Source of the DNA: a virus
Strand: one strand, 5' to 3'
IMG/VR virus record: IMGVR_UViG_3300050026_000055
Location: 1 to 64,000 of that record
Length of the DNA stretch: 64,000 nt
In this document: positions 16,333-26,545 of the stretch, one piece after another
Layout of the letters: each line of letters starts with the position of its first letter
Position numbering within the stretch: position 1 is the first letter of the stretch
The notes under the pieces: model-generated
Seen by the model: the letters and a program-made list of their open reading frames with translations, nothing else
Databases searched by the model: none
Told to the model about the DNA's origin: nothing
Position numbers and translations under genes: made by a program

Positions 16333-17308
16333 GCCAATTGTAAAAATACTGTTCGGATCACACTTGTACGGAACCACTACACCAGCTAGTGATCTTGATT
16401 ACAAGGCGGTACATATACCATCGGCACCAGATATTCTGTTGCGTCATTCTCAGGACTCTGTGCCGATTGGCAAGCGTGCCAAAGGCGAGAACGAAAAGAA
16501 TAACCCAGAGGATGTGGATTATGAAAGCTATTCGTTGCAGCGGTATCTACAGCTTTTGGCTGACGGTCAGACCGTAGCAATTGATATGTTGTTCGCTCCG
16601 GATGCGAATGTCTTAGAGACTTCGCGGTTATGGGAGCATATTAGACACAACAAAGAGCAGTTCCTTAGCAAGCGTAGTACAGCGTTTGTTGGCTACTGTA
16701 GGACACAGGCCAATAAGTACGGCATCAAGGGTAGCAGAGTCGCAGCGGCTCGTAAAGCGGCTGACTTCTTTGCAAAGATGTTAGAACAACTTGGCACTAC
16801 TGCTAAAATTAGCGAAGTAGCTTGGCGGTTGGCTGAACTGAAAGACGATCATACCGATTGTGTGCAGTTGCCAATGTCGTCCAACAAAGAAGTGCTTGGC
16901 TGGTACTTTGAGTGCTGTAATCGCAAGGTCTGTTTTACCAACACGATCAAGCAGGCGGCTGAAGTTTATGGAAAGGTATTTGCCAATTATGGCAGTCGAG
17001 CGCAATTGGCCGAAGCTAATGAAGGAGTTGATTGGAAAGCACTGTCTCATGCGGTGCGAGTCGGAGAAGAGGCGTTGGAGTTATTACAGACAGGCAAGAT
17101 CACGCTACCACTTCCTAATGCGCCCCATATTCTTGATATTAAATTGGGCTATTTACCGTATAATTTAGTGGCAAAAGAAATCGAAGAATTGCTAGAACGA
17201 GTCGAACAGGCGGCATTAGTATCAAGTCTGCCCGAATCACCGAATCTAGAATTCATCGACAAACTTGTTTTCAATGTATATAGAGAGCAGGTTATTTGCT
17301 ATGATTAA
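16325..17308 (+). CDS. nucleotidyltransferase, RlaP/T4 NrdC.11-like Pol-beta family
   Basis: FGSHLYGTTTPASDLDYK; DWKALSHAVR. Confidence 0.82.
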   Translation: MNKPIVKILFGSHLYGTTTPASDLDYKAVHIPSAPDILLRHSQDSVPIGKRAKGENEKNNPEDVDYESYSLQRYLQLLADGQTVAIDMLFAPDANVLETSRLWEHIRHNKEQFLSKRSTAFVGYCRTQANKYGIKGSRVAAARKAADFFAKMLEQLGTTAKISEVAWRLAELKDDHTDCVQLPMSSNKEVLGWYFECCNRKVCFTNTIKQAAEVYGKVFANYGSRAQLAEANEGVDWKALSHAVRVGEEALELLQTGKITLPLPNAPHILDIKLGYLPYNLVAKEIEELLERVEQAALVSSLPESPNLEFIDKLVFNVYREQVICYD

Positions 17309-17468
17309 TAATGAAAAGATAAAACTATTGAAGGCATTAGCGTATCGACAAGTTCGGTATACACACGAGCACTCAGATTCACCGGGAATACCATATGAGG
17401 TAGTCTTTACGATGCCACAATGGAAAGCTGTACTGGAGTCGATAGGAATAAAAGATGGCACCATATAA
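17301..17468 (+). CDS. hypothetical protein
   Basis: overlap packing. Confidence 0.5.
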   Translation: MINNEKIKLLKALAYRQVRYTHEHSDSPGIPYEVVFTMPQWKAVLESIGIKDGTI

Positions 17469-17601
17469 GTCAGAAGCACAAGAAAAGTTTTTTAATGCGA
17501 ACCGAAAAAAGTTAGAGAAGAAGGGGGTCAATGTAGGGGAGTGGAATGCGGCCAGCAAAGGAAAGAAGCTGCCTAAAAAGGCCAAGAAGAAGGGAAAGTA
17601 G
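17455..17601 (+). CDS. small very basic protein (not in ORF track)
   Basis: AGGA SD; MAPYKSEAQEKFF...KGKKLPKKAKKKGK. Confidence 0.65.
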   Translation: MAPYKSEAQEKFFNANRKKLEKKGVNVGEWNAASKGKKLPKKAKKKGK

Positions 17602-17741
17602 TTTATGAACAAACCGGTATTGACCATTTACCATCAAAATGACACAGAGCGGGTATTGTTGGGCGCGTTATATGCCGGGTTTAAGAGCTGTTCGCTTGAG
17701 TCAGCTGACGATAATAATCTAGAACTTATATTTGAGGATCA

Positions 17742-18050
17742 ATGAGTAAATCTAACAATCGGTACGGCAAGACACTTTACACAATGACACTTAGAACTGA
17801 TGCCGTTGTGCAACCAACTCAAAACATGAAGGATCAGGTTATCTATTTAGATTGGGCTAGTAAGAAGGAATTCAGCAAGCCATATGACAATCTGGACGAC
17901 TTGCAAAAAACACAGATTCACATGAACATCAAGATGGGCGTTTACAAGGAGAAGCGTGAATCTACTAGACCTAATCAAAAAGCCGCAGGCAGTCAAGGCA
18001 GTCCGACGAGTACGAGCGGAACCAGTCGAACCGGAACTGCCACAGCTTAG
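17742..18050 (+). CDS. hypothetical protein
   Basis: GAGGA SD. Confidence 0.6.
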   Translation: MSKSNNRYGKTLYTMTLRTDAVVQPTQNMKDQVIYLDWASKKEFSKPYDNLDDLQKTQIHMNIKMGVYKEKRESTRPNQKAAGSQGSPTSTSGTSRTGTATA

Positions 18051-18228
18051 AGTTGTCGAACCGCTAGCCGAAGGAGCATTGGTTTGCTATTACCTTGAAG
18101 GCTGGCGCTACGGTTACGTGGAGCAAATAAAACCTAAGACGGTAAAGATTAGACCAATCACGCCGTATAGAGGCACTCAGCCGCGAAGCGTAACCGTTTC
18201 TATTGAGAATTTGGAGAAGCCCAAGTGA
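17956..18228 (+). CDS. hypothetical protein, possible SH3-like beta-barrel
   Basis: AAGGAG SD with GTG start. Confidence 0.6.
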   Translation: MNLLDLIKKPQAVKAVRRVRAEPVEPELPQLRVVEPLAEGALVCYYLEGWRYGYVEQIKPKTVKIRPITPYRGTQPRSVTVSIENLEKPK

Positions 18229-18394
18229 ACGAAGAACAGTTGAAGTTTATGGGTTGGCAAGAATGTTTAGACAGTGTTCGTGGAAGTTTGCGCGGCTATC
18301 CTGACTGCGGTGGTGATGTAGAGATAATGCGAGAAATAGAGCGAATTGTCGCGCAGCGAATAGCCGAGTACAATAAACAACGAAAGGAACAATA

Positions 18395-18589
18395 ATGGAG
18401 CAATTGTGGTTGCCGTTTCCCGACGACGAGTATAGGCCCATATATCCAGCATATTATTCACCAGCATTTGTTGAACTGCTGAAGCGGCAGACAAGTGTAG
18501 AGGTAATTAAAAAGGCCAACAAGGAAGCGCGCAAACGAGCAAAGAAAATGTTTGCCAACAAAGGCCAGACGATACGTTTTGTATTCTAA
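18395..18589 (+). CDS. hypothetical protein
   Basis: AAGGA SD. Confidence 0.6.
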   Translation: MEQLWLPFPDDEYRPIYPAYYSPAFVELLKRQTSVEVIKKANKEARKRAKKMFANKGQTIRFVF

Positions 18590-18600
18590 AAGGACAGACA

Positions 18601-20316
18601 ATGGAACTTAGACCGTACCAACAAGCAGCAATTAATGCAATAAAAACGGAGTACCAAAAGGGAGTACACCAACAGTTATTATCTGCTGCCACTGGTACAG
18701 GAAAGACGTGTATATTTAGCTCGTTGCCAGAAAGTCTGAAGGACATTCTGCCGGGTCAAACTATGGTTCTGGCTCATAGAGAGGAGCTGATAGACCAGTC
18801 TATCGACAAAATGAGGCTTATCAACCCGAACTTGAAGGTTGATAAGGAGATGGCCGAACACGTAGCAGACCCTAACGCTGACGTTATTGTGGCCTCTGTA
18901 GCGACTCTGGGCAGAAAAGGTACTAAGAGAGCCAACCAGTTTAATTGGGAGCGTATAGACAAGCTGGTGACGGACGAAGCGCACCACTCGGTTGCGACTA
19001 CATACCAGAACATCTACGATGTATCTGGAGTATTGCAGCCAGATTCGAAGAAATTGCTGCTTGGCGTAACTGCTACACCGAGCCGAGGAGACGGGCAGGC
19101 TCTAGCCAAAATATACAAGAAAATTGTATATGTGTATAGTATACGTCAAGCGATTGAGGATGGCTGGCTGGTGGACATCCGTGGCGTGCGTATAAGCACT
19201 AAGACGAATCTTGATACTGTAAAGACAGTAGGCGGTGACTTTGCTCAAGACATGCTGGCCGATGCAGTCAACAATCCGCAAAGGAATCAACTTGTGGCAA
19301 AGGCGTGGCTGGATCATGGCGGAAACAGGCAGACGCTTGGCTTTTCTGTTGACATTAAACATGCACAAGACTTGGCTGAAATGTTCAAGCAGTACCATGT
19401 TAAGGCCGAGGCAGTGTGGGGCACTGATCCTGACCGTGCTGAGAAGCTGTTGAAGTTGCGCAACGGTGAGATTACGGTGTTGTTTAACTGTGGCGTGCTG
19501 ACAGAGGGATATGATGACTGGCACATCGGCTGCATCATCCTTGCGCGGCCTACCAAAAGTAGCACACTGTTTACGCAAATGGTCGGACGTGGCACACGGT
19601 TGCAGGATGGTACAGGAAATCTAAAAGTTGCGTTGGACAAATCGTTTAATTACGGCACAATGGATAATATCCGGTTCGGTGGCCTTAAAAAAGATTGCAT
19701 TGTCATTGACGTTGTTGATAACACGTTTAAGCATAGTCTGGTGACTCTGCCGACACTGATGGGAATGAATGGCACACTTGATCTTAGTGGTAAGAGTTTA
19801 GTCGGTGCAATTAAGAGTATTGAAGAAGCGCAGAAGCAATATTCGCACATTGATTTTAGCAGCCTGAAAAACATTGACCAGTTACAGACATTCATTGAAT
19901 CTGTAAACTTGTTTGAAGTTAAGTTTCCGCCTGAAGTAGAAGAGTGCAGCAAGTTGAGTTGGCACACAAGCGCAGACGGCGGTTTTATTCTTCTGCTTCC
20001 GAATCGCGAAGAAGTTCGAATCAAACAGAATATGCTTGACAAGTGGGATTTGACAGCCGTTATTCGTGGTCAGAAGTATCGTGGCGAACGCAATTCAATT
20101 GAAGAGGCGTTTGCGGCGGCTGACAACTTGGTTAATGAAAAAGCAGTGGAGAGTCTAAAGATTCTTAGGCGAGAAGAAAAATGGCATTCAGCACCGCCAA
20201 CAATCGCACAGTTAAACCTGTTGCGTAAGTTCTACCGCGGCCGCGCAATCCCGGATTCGCTCACCAAAGGAAGTGCATCAAAATTAATCGGCAGTTTTCT
20301 TGCCGGAAAAGCATAA
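18601..20316 (+). CDS. superfamily 2 DEAH helicase (Irc3/ResIII-like)
   Basis: LRPYQ, ATGTGKT, DEAHH, TAT, LTEGYD, QMVGRGTR. Confidence 0.93.
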   Translation: MELRPYQQAAINAIKTEYQKGVHQQLLSAATGTGKTCIFSSLPESLKDILPGQTMVLAHREELIDQSIDKMRLINPNLKVDKEMAEHVADPNADVIVASVATLGRKGTKRANQFNWERIDKLVTDEAHHSVATTYQNIYDVSGVLQPDSKKLLLGVTATPSRGDGQALAKIYKKIVYVYSIRQAIEDGWLVDIRGVRISTKTNLDTVKTVGGDFAQDMLADAVNNPQRNQLVAKAWLDHGGNRQTLGFSVDIKHAQDLAEMFKQYHVKAEAVWGTDPDRAEKLLKLRNGEITVLFNCGVLTEGYDDWHIGCIILARPTKSSTLFTQMVGRGTRLQDGTGNLKVALDKSFNYGTMDNIRFGGLKKDCIVIDVVDNTFKHSLVTLPTLMGMNGTLDLSGKSLVGAIKSIEEAQKQYSHIDFSSLKNIDQLQTFIESVNLFEVKFPPEVEECSKLSWHTSADGGFILLLPNREEVRIKQNMLDKWDLTAVIRGQKYRGERNSIEEAFAAADNLVNEKAVESLKILRREEKWHSAPPTIAQLNLLRKFYRGRAIPDSLTKGSASKLIGSFLAGKA

Positions 20317-20324
20317 GGAGAATA

Positions 20325-20657
20325 ATGGTAGACTTTGAGTTGACAGAATTTCAATATAATACTTTAGAAGCAGTATGTAAACAGCGAAAAGGTTTGGGTG
20401 ATACCAAGGATATTTGCTGGTTCGCTCTAGTTGGGCCATCGCCCGATGATCCTTTAGAAAAGGCTGGTATAGTGGGCGACCAGTGTAAACAGATTAAACA
20501 GTTGGAAAATTACGGACTGTTGGAAGATATTTCTGGCAAGTTTGCCGAAAGCATTGAGAAATGTAAGAAGGAAAATAACAGGACATTTTATGTCATGGCG
20601 ATTACTCAGCTTGGCATGAAGATGTTTGGTAACTGCACAGATCGGCTGGTGTGCTAA
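20325..20657 (+). CDS. hypothetical protein
   Basis: AAGGAG SD. Confidence 0.7.
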   Translation: MVDFELTEFQYNTLEAVCKQRKGLGDTKDICWFALVGPSPDDPLEKAGIVGDQCKQIKQLENYGLLEDISGKFAESIEKCKKENNRTFYVMAITQLGMKMFGNCTDRLVC

Positions 20658-20869
20658 TGGCTAGTAAAAATGGGCTTCTATTACAAGACTTTGCATTATA
20701 TTGTCTAGATCATCCAGAGGAACGATTCTGGCAAGCGTTGCGTAATTGGTCGCGCATTAATTTTATCATTGCTGCCGACAGCATTGCTTGGAATTGTGGT
20801 GAACCTGAAGGCTGGACAAACGAACGAGATACATTTTATTGGGAAGGTAAAAATGGAGAAAAAAAGTAA
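20657..20869 (+). CDS. hypothetical protein
   Basis: TAATG coupling; HPEERFWQALRN...DTFYWE. Confidence 0.65.
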   Translation: MASKNGLLLQDFALYCLDHPEERFWQALRNWSRINFIIAADSIAWNCGEPEGWTNERDTFYWEGKNGEKK

Positions 20870-21050
20870 TCATCAAGCCGGTGAGGCTGACCAATGAACG
20901 CCGGTAAAGTGTTAGGCTGGACGATGGCCGTTCTGAGTATCGCTGCGGCCATCGGTTATTTCTGTGTTGGTGATACTCGCAGAGGGTTTTATTGGCTGTT
21001 CGCAGCCGGGATTACAGGAACGGTGACATGGTAAAGTGTATAGTATACAC

Positions 21051-21092
21051 AAAAAAAAAGCAAGACATTTAAAGAAATGTCTTGCTTTTTTT
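21051..21092. terminator. bidirectional intrinsic terminator
   Basis: A9-GCAAGACATTT-aaag-AAATGTCTTGC-T7. Confidence 0.88.
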
Positions 21093-21110
21093 ACGTCCGT
21101 GTGGTACTAT
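21082..21110 (+). promoter_or_regulatory. promoter overlapping the terminator 3' arm
   Basis: TTGCTT-17-TACTAT with TGn. Confidence 0.55.
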
Positions 21111-21125
21111 TAGAATAATGAAAAC

Positions 21126-21626
21126 ATGATGATACCAAGTTATCAAAAGTATAAACAAAAAGGCGTGTGCTCTCAATGCGGAAAAGAAAAACAACAGCCT
21201 AACAAAGATCAGTGTGATGTATGCTTAGAGAAAGATGTCGTTATTCACAGACAGCGCCGAGCCGAAAGAAAACAAAACGGGCAGTGCCAAAGAGGTTCAT
21301 GCAAAAACTTTGTAGAAAAGAATGGCGAATATTTTTGCAAAAAGTGCCGAGAATTACATAAACTACGAAGGTTTACTCTTCGTGGCATAAAGATAACAAA
21401 AGAACAGTATGACAAAATGGTAGAAGAACAGCGCGGTTTGTGCGCCATTACTGGACAGGCTCCCGCTGACGGCTCTATTCTAAACATAGACCACGATCAC
21501 GCAACAGGCAAAGTAAGGCAGTTATTAGACCGTAACATAAACAAAGCATTAGGTTTATTTCAAGATAACCCAGAGTGGTTAAGAAAAGCGGCAGACTATT
21601 TGGAGTTCCATGCAAACAGAGAATAA
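21126..21626 (+). CDS. endonuclease VII-type HNH endonuclease
   Basis: IDHDHATGKVRQLL...NKALGLFQD...AADYL. Confidence 0.85.
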   Translation: MMIPSYQKYKQKGVCSQCGKEKQQPNKDQCDVCLEKDVVIHRQRRAERKQNGQCQRGSCKNFVEKNGEYFCKKCRELHKLRRFTLRGIKITKEQYDKMVEEQRGLCAITGQAPADGSILNIDHDHATGKVRQLLDRNINKALGLFQDNPEWLRKAADYLEFHANRE

Positions 21627-24600
21627 CGCAGCATTGCAGTATATAATCTCGAAAGGATGGAAATACAAACCATCCGGTGATGATAAAATTGAGTTAGAAG
21701 TGTGTATATTTTGTCAGAAATCAGGCTATGGGCATTTTTACATGGTTACTGACGATACAAACAGAAATGGGCTATGGGCGTGCCACCGCTGCGGAAAGTC
21801 AGGTAATCTAACAACTTTACGCGAAGAAATGGGAGACAAGATCAAGGATGTTGAGTCTCGTTCGGATTGGGGCAAAAAGGAAATAGAATCTCTGCCGAAC
21901 GTCGAAGAGGCGCATGAAGCGCTGCTTGCTGACGAAGATGCTATGGACTACTTAGTAAACACTCGCGGTTTCAGCCGAGAGGCAATTGAGCAGTTCAAAA
22001 TTGGGTATTTTCCGAAGAAGTATTTTAGAGAGTGCGGAGAAGTAAAGGCGATTATGTACCCATATCTTGTGCAAGGCAACTGTGTCTTTGCACACTGGCG
22101 TACACTGCCGCCTGCTCCGAAGGCTTTTAACAGTCCGACAGGCTGGGATGCACCGCTATTTAACGGCGAGATTATAAAAGACGGACTACATGAATTAACG
22201 ATGGTAGAAGGAGAAGCGAATGTTATTGCCGCTTATGATAATGGTATTGTTGATCTTGTTGGTGTGCCGGGCGCTAACTTCAAAAAAGCGCTCTGGATAG
22301 ATACACTGGATTCACTTAATCTGGAAAAGATTTACATCTGTTATGACAAGGATAAGGTTGGCCAGAAAGCCGCACAGACTCTAGCTTCCAGAATTGGAAT
22401 CGAGAAGTGTTACAAAATTGTGCTTCCTGACTTTTGGATCAAGGTAGACGAGGTAGAGGAACGACTTGGTAAGGATTTGAATGAGTGGTTCAAGTATGGT
22501 GGCGGTAACAAAGAGGCTTGGGATAAGTTAAAAGAAGAGTCTGTATTGTTCGATGTGCAAGGTGTAGTCTCACCGAACAACGCTCTGGACGAATTAGAGG
22601 AGTTCCTTAACGGCAAGGAGACGTTAGAGCCTACATACAAGACTCCGTGGGAACCGTTGAACAGGTTGTTAGGTTGGGAAGATGGGGACGTCATTGATAT
22701 AGTTGCACCAGAAAAGATCGGTAAAGGCGGAAGGCTGACTACACCTGTTCTTACTCCCTTAGGCTGGAAGACAATGGGGGAATTAAAAATAGGAGACGAA
22801 TTGGTATCAATTGATGGAAAACCGTCATTTGTAACAGGCATATACCCACGCGGTATAATGGAGTTCTTTAGAGTTACGTTTTCTGATGGACGTAGTACTG
22901 AAACTACTGCTGACCATTTGTGGAAAGTACGCTGCACTACCGAATGGGAACGTCAATCAGAGCGTATTTACACCACTGATGCAATTGCCAATGAGTATTG
23001 CTATCCCGGCTCAAGGCGAGTCAGTAAGTTGTATATACCGTTAATGTCAGGTGATTTTGGAAAGGCCGATTTGCCGATTGATCCGTGGCTATTAGGTGTG
23101 CTAATTGGCGATGGCTGCTTATCCGATAGCCAAAAACTATCATTTTCAACTGAAGACGGCGAAATCTTAGCCAGAGTGTCTGAAATTGTAGAAAGTTATG
23201 GGCATGAAGTTAAACTGAGCAGTAAATGCAATTATCGTATAAATAACAATAAGAGTTCATTTCTACGAAACAAATTAGAAGAGTTAGGTCTGTGGGGGCA
23301 CCTAGCAGAATCAAAATTTATACCAAAGGTTTACCTACAATCGTGTAAAGAACAGAGATTAGAACTTTTACGTGGGCTTATGGATACGGACGGTACTGCG
23401 TCCAATAAACACGGGGTTATATCCTATTGTACTGTGAGCAAACAGTTGGCCGATGATGTGGTGTATTTAGTGCGCTCTCTTGGTGGCATAGCTGAAAGAC
23501 GGCCTCCACAGAAAAAACATTTTAGATACAAAGGAGAATTAAAGACAGGACAACCAGCGTACATTATTGTTGTTAGGTTGCCAGAACGAGAAAAAGCATT
23601 CTTTTTACAACGAAAATTAGATCGTGTACAAATACGAAATAATCAGCCTAGGCTTACATTTAAGTCTATCGAACAAACAGAAAGCGGAGAAGCAGTTTGC
23701 ATCTCAGTGAGTCATCCGTCAAAGCTGTATATTACTAATGACTTCATTGTTACACATAATACAACTCTTGGCATGAACATCATGGAGTACGAAGTCGATA
23801 CATACAATGAAGACGGAATTATCATATGTCTTGAAATGTCTACAATGCGAATGGCCCGAAAATGGGTATCGCATGTAACGCAGACTGATGATTCAATTCC
23901 CAAAACAAAGGAAGAGGCTGTTGCGCGGCTGAATGCAATGAAGTCAGCTATTCCGTTAGCCAGAGACAAGGCGGCAAATCGCAAAGGTGATTTGTACTTC
24001 TGTTATCCGCAGATTAAGGACGCAGAAGATGTTTACAAGTTGATTCGCGATTGTATCCGGCGATATGGAGTCAAATGGGTTATGTTCGACAATGTTCAGT
24101 TACTTGCTGACAGGACGTTGAAAAACAATAATCACCGAACGATTCACTTGAGTCAGATCAGCAAGACTCTGGCCGGGATCACGAAAGATTACGGCATAAA
24201 AATGATTCGTATTCTTCAGCCTCATCGCATTGGTAAAGGCGATATGATTACCACAGATGATGTTGATGGTGCTAGTCAGATTGCTAAAGATTGTGACTGC
24301 ATGATGACAGCATGGAGAGCTAGAATAGGGGAAATGAAGGCGGCAGATTTTGCTGGTATGGGCTATGTGGAAACAGAAGCATCGTTTGATTCTAAGATGC
24401 TACTTGGAGTTGGACTTACACGATACTCGGGTGGCGGTTCAGTAACTCTTGAATTTGATGGAGCTACTAGCACGATTAGAGAATACAACGTGGCACGCAT
24501 AGCTGCGATGCAGGCAGCAAAGCCTGCCATCGGACATGAGGCTCAATTGGCAGAATTAGGAATAAAAGCAGCGCAGTCAGCGGAGGGTATTCAACCATAG
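21610..24600 (+). CDS. T7 gp4/Twinkle-like primase-helicase containing an intein
   Basis: Zn finger CIFC...CHRC; TOPRIM EGE...CYDKD...KDLNE; Walker A APEKIGK/TT split by the intein; LEMS; MFDNVQ. Confidence 0.9.
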   Translation: MQTENNAALQYIISKGWKYKPSGDDKIELEVCIFCQKSGYGHFYMVTDDTNRNGLWACHRCGKSGNLTTLREEMGDKIKDVESRSDWGKKEIESLPNVEEAHEALLADEDAMDYLVNTRGFSREAIEQFKIGYFPKKYFRECGEVKAIMYPYLVQGNCVFAHWRTLPPAPKAFNSPTGWDAPLFNGEIIKDGLHELTMVEGEANVIAAYDNGIVDLVGVPGANFKKALWIDTLDSLNLEKIYICYDKDKVGQKAAQTLASRIGIEKCYKIVLPDFWIKVDEVEERLGKDLNEWFKYGGGNKEAWDKLKEESVLFDVQGVVSPNNALDELEEFLNGKETLEPTYKTPWEPLNRLLGWEDGDVIDIVAPEKIGKGGRLTTPVLTPLGWKTMGELKIGDELVSIDGKPSFVTGIYPRGIMEFFRVTFSDGRSTETTADHLWKVRCTTEWERQSERIYTTDAIANEYCYPGSRRVSKLYIPLMSGDFGKADLPIDPWLLGVLIGDGCLSDSQKLSFSTEDGEILARVSEIVESYGHEVKLSSKCNYRINNNKSSFLRNKLEELGLWGHLAESKFIPKVYLQSCKEQRLELLRGLMDTDGTASNKHGVISYCTVSKQLADDVVYLVRSLGGIAERRPPQKKHFRYKGELKTGQPAYIIVVRLPEREKAFFLQRKLDRVQIRNNQPRLTFKSIEQTESGEAVCISVSHPSKLYITNDFIVTHNTTLGMNIMEYEVDTYNEDGIIICLEMSTMRMARKWVSHVTQTDDSIPKTKEEAVARLNAMKSAIPLARDKAANRKGDLYFCYPQIKDAEDVYKLIRDCIRRYGVKWVMFDNVQLLADRTLKNNNHRTIHLSQISKTLAGITKDYGIKMIRILQPHRIGKGDMITTDDVDGASQIAKDCDCMMTAWRARIGEMKAADFAGMGYVETEASFDSKMLLGVGLTRYSGGGSVTLEFDGATSTIREYNVARIAAMQAAKPAIGHEAQLAELGIKAAQSAEGIQP
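22726..23760 (+). mobile_element. class 3 intein (345 aa) with LAGLIDADG endonuclease
   Basis: Starts GGRLTTPVLTPLGW, ends FIVTHN/T; W in ADHLW, C in AVCISV, T in VTHN; LLGVLIGDG and LRGLMDTDG. Confidence 0.9.
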
Positions 24601-24603
24601 CAT

Positions 24604-25092
24604 ATGACAATCACAGAGATTGTGGCTCTTTTTAAAAAACATAAACCGAATACAGCCAAGGCTGCTACTAAGCTTGGCTTAAAATTACAAGCATTGGGAT
24701 CAGGATTGTACCGCAGAGTGTACGTTATCCGTGGTTATGATCTTGTTGTAAAATTCAATGCCGGTGAGGATGACGGAGAACATGCTGCACAGGAAGTGAA
24801 AACTGTGTGGCGTGTGTTGAGGTATAAAAAATATGCTTCTATTAGAAAGTATATGCCTAAGATTTATTACTTTGACAAAAAAACCGGCACCACGCTGGTT
24901 AAAAAGTACGAAACATTTAGAGAAGATTTTGTAGAATCAGGTTTAAATGCTAAATTTGATGTCATTGAGGATAAAGTGATGCAGCTTTTTCCTGACGGTT
25001 GCTGCGATCTTCATGGCGGTAATTTTGGTGCAGAGTATACCAAAACAGGACGACAAGTAATTAAAATCATAGACTTGGGATTATGCGAATAA
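24604..25092 (+). CDS. minimal protein kinase-like protein
   Basis: LGSGLYRRVY, LVVKF, helix-C Glu, DLHGGN, IIDLG. Confidence 0.8.
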   Translation: MTITEIVALFKKHKPNTAKAATKLGLKLQALGSGLYRRVYVIRGYDLVVKFNAGEDDGEHAAQEVKTVWRVLRYKKYASIRKYMPKIYYFDKKTGTTLVKKYETFREDFVESGLNAKFDVIEDKVMQLFPDGCCDLHGGNFGAEYTKTGRQVIKIIDLGLCE

Positions 25093-25763
25093 ACGATTTA
25101 ATTAAAAAAAAAATAGGCGGTTACAACAAAAAACCACGATATTGTAAGCGGTGTAAAAAAGAAATACCTAGAGAGTTTTATCCCGGCAGTCTTGCTGACC
25201 AGAACTATCAGAATAAGAAGTATTGTAGCTCTGATTGTGCTAGAGGCCATAAACTAAGAGTACAAAGCGGTAAGGCAGTGTGCATAAAATGTCTTATAGA
25301 AAAAACTATAACTGAGTTCCCGTTGGGAAAGAAAAGACGAGATGGTACAGAGCGGTATTCATATTGCAAAGAATGCCACCTTATTTACCAACGAGATTTG
25401 AGACTAAAGAGACTATTTAGAATAAGCGAGGAAGAGTACCAAAAGATAATAAACCACCAAGGCAATGTGTGCGCTATTTGTAAACAGCCGAAAAGAGGCA
25501 AAAACAATTTTAGCGTAGATCATTCGCATAAAACTGGTCTTATACGCGGAGGTTTATGCTGGTTATGCAACAGAGCGTTAGGATTATTTAAAGACAACAT
25601 AGAGTTGTTTAAGAATGCTGTTGAGTATTTAGCAAATCCACCGGCCATCGCTGCTCTCGGAGAGCGGCGTTACGGACTAATAGGCAAAGCAAAAAGTAAG
25701 AAAAAAATGATTTATGGTGGCGATACGTTATTGAAGGGAAGTGATGAGCAAGCGGTACGCTAG
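25083..25763 (+). CDS. endonuclease VII-type HNH endonuclease
   Basis: CAIC...VDHSHKTGLIRGGLCWLCNRALG. Confidence 0.88.
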   Translation: MRINDLIKKKIGGYNKKPRYCKRCKKEIPREFYPGSLADQNYQNKKYCSSDCARGHKLRVQSGKAVCIKCLIEKTITEFPLGKKRRDGTERYSYCKECHLIYQRDLRLKRLFRISEEEYQKIINHQGNVCAICKQPKRGKNNFSVDHSHKTGLIRGGLCWLCNRALGLFKDNIELFKNAVEYLANPPAIAALGERRYGLIGKAKSKKKMIYGGDTLLKGSDEQAVR

Positions 25764-26136
25764 TGCAACAAAGACAAGGGAACGCAGAGCATTAAATCAC
25801 AGAGCATTTACCGAGACAGTTGATGCGTATGTAACATTGAAGTCACGGTCAACTATTTCTTCGGTTGATGCATCACAAGAAGTAGGTGGTTCGGTAAATC
25901 TAGCAAAACCAAGTGCATTAGATTTCTTCTGTGATGTTGACAACCAAGTAAGCATTGTTGTCAAGGGGGACATGTTACAGGTATTTATAGAACGGTTTAT
26001 CGTAGGCAATGAGTTGGCGCTTACACTTGAGCAGGCCAACTACTTTGAGCAACGAATCGGGCAGCTTTTCGTTTCTCGTGGAATTTGGCCAACACAAAAG
26101 TACTTCAAGGTTATGAGGCAAAAGAACAATGAGTAA
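25744..26136 (+). CDS. hypothetical protein
   Basis: ORF packing. Confidence 0.65.
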   Translation: MSKRYASATKTRERRALNHRAFTETVDAYVTLKSRSTISSVDASQEVGGSVNLAKPSALDFFCDVDNQVSIVVKGDMLQVFIERFIVGNELALTLEQANYFEQRIGQLFVSRGIWPTQKYFKVMRQKNNE

Positions 26137-26545
26137 AGCTAAAGCTAAGGCAAGAACTGCACCAACAGAACTTGATTTACAAGCTTTAATGCAAAAATGG
26201 CAAAAGATTTTGCGACTACAGGATTGGGAAATAGATATTCAATTTATTGAACCAATGCTGATTGGCGGGTCGCTCGGTGAAACACACCCGTCGATTATTA
26301 CTAAGTCTGCTAAAATTTTTGTTTCTAGGCCGGACATGGCATATCCAAGATCGGTTTCTCTGGAAAACGTTATCAAGGATATAGAAAACACAGTTGTGCA
26401 TGAATTATTGCATGTTGTGTTTGCAGCAGTAACAAGTGACATTAAGTACGCAGAAGAACACGCAGTCATTGCAATCGCAGACGCGCTGCATAAAGGATTG
26501 GATTGGACAGGAAATGACGACAAGCTTAAACGACAAAGTTATTAA
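26129..26545 (+). CDS. HEXXH zinc metallopeptidase-like protein
   Basis: VVHELLH with downstream EE. Confidence 0.7.
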   Translation: MSKAKAKARTAPTELDLQALMQKWQKILRLQDWEIDIQFIEPMLIGGSLGETHPSIITKSAKIFVSRPDMAYPRSVSLENVIKDIENTVVHELLHVVFAAVTSDIKYAEEHAVIAIADALHKGLDWTGNDDKLKRQSY

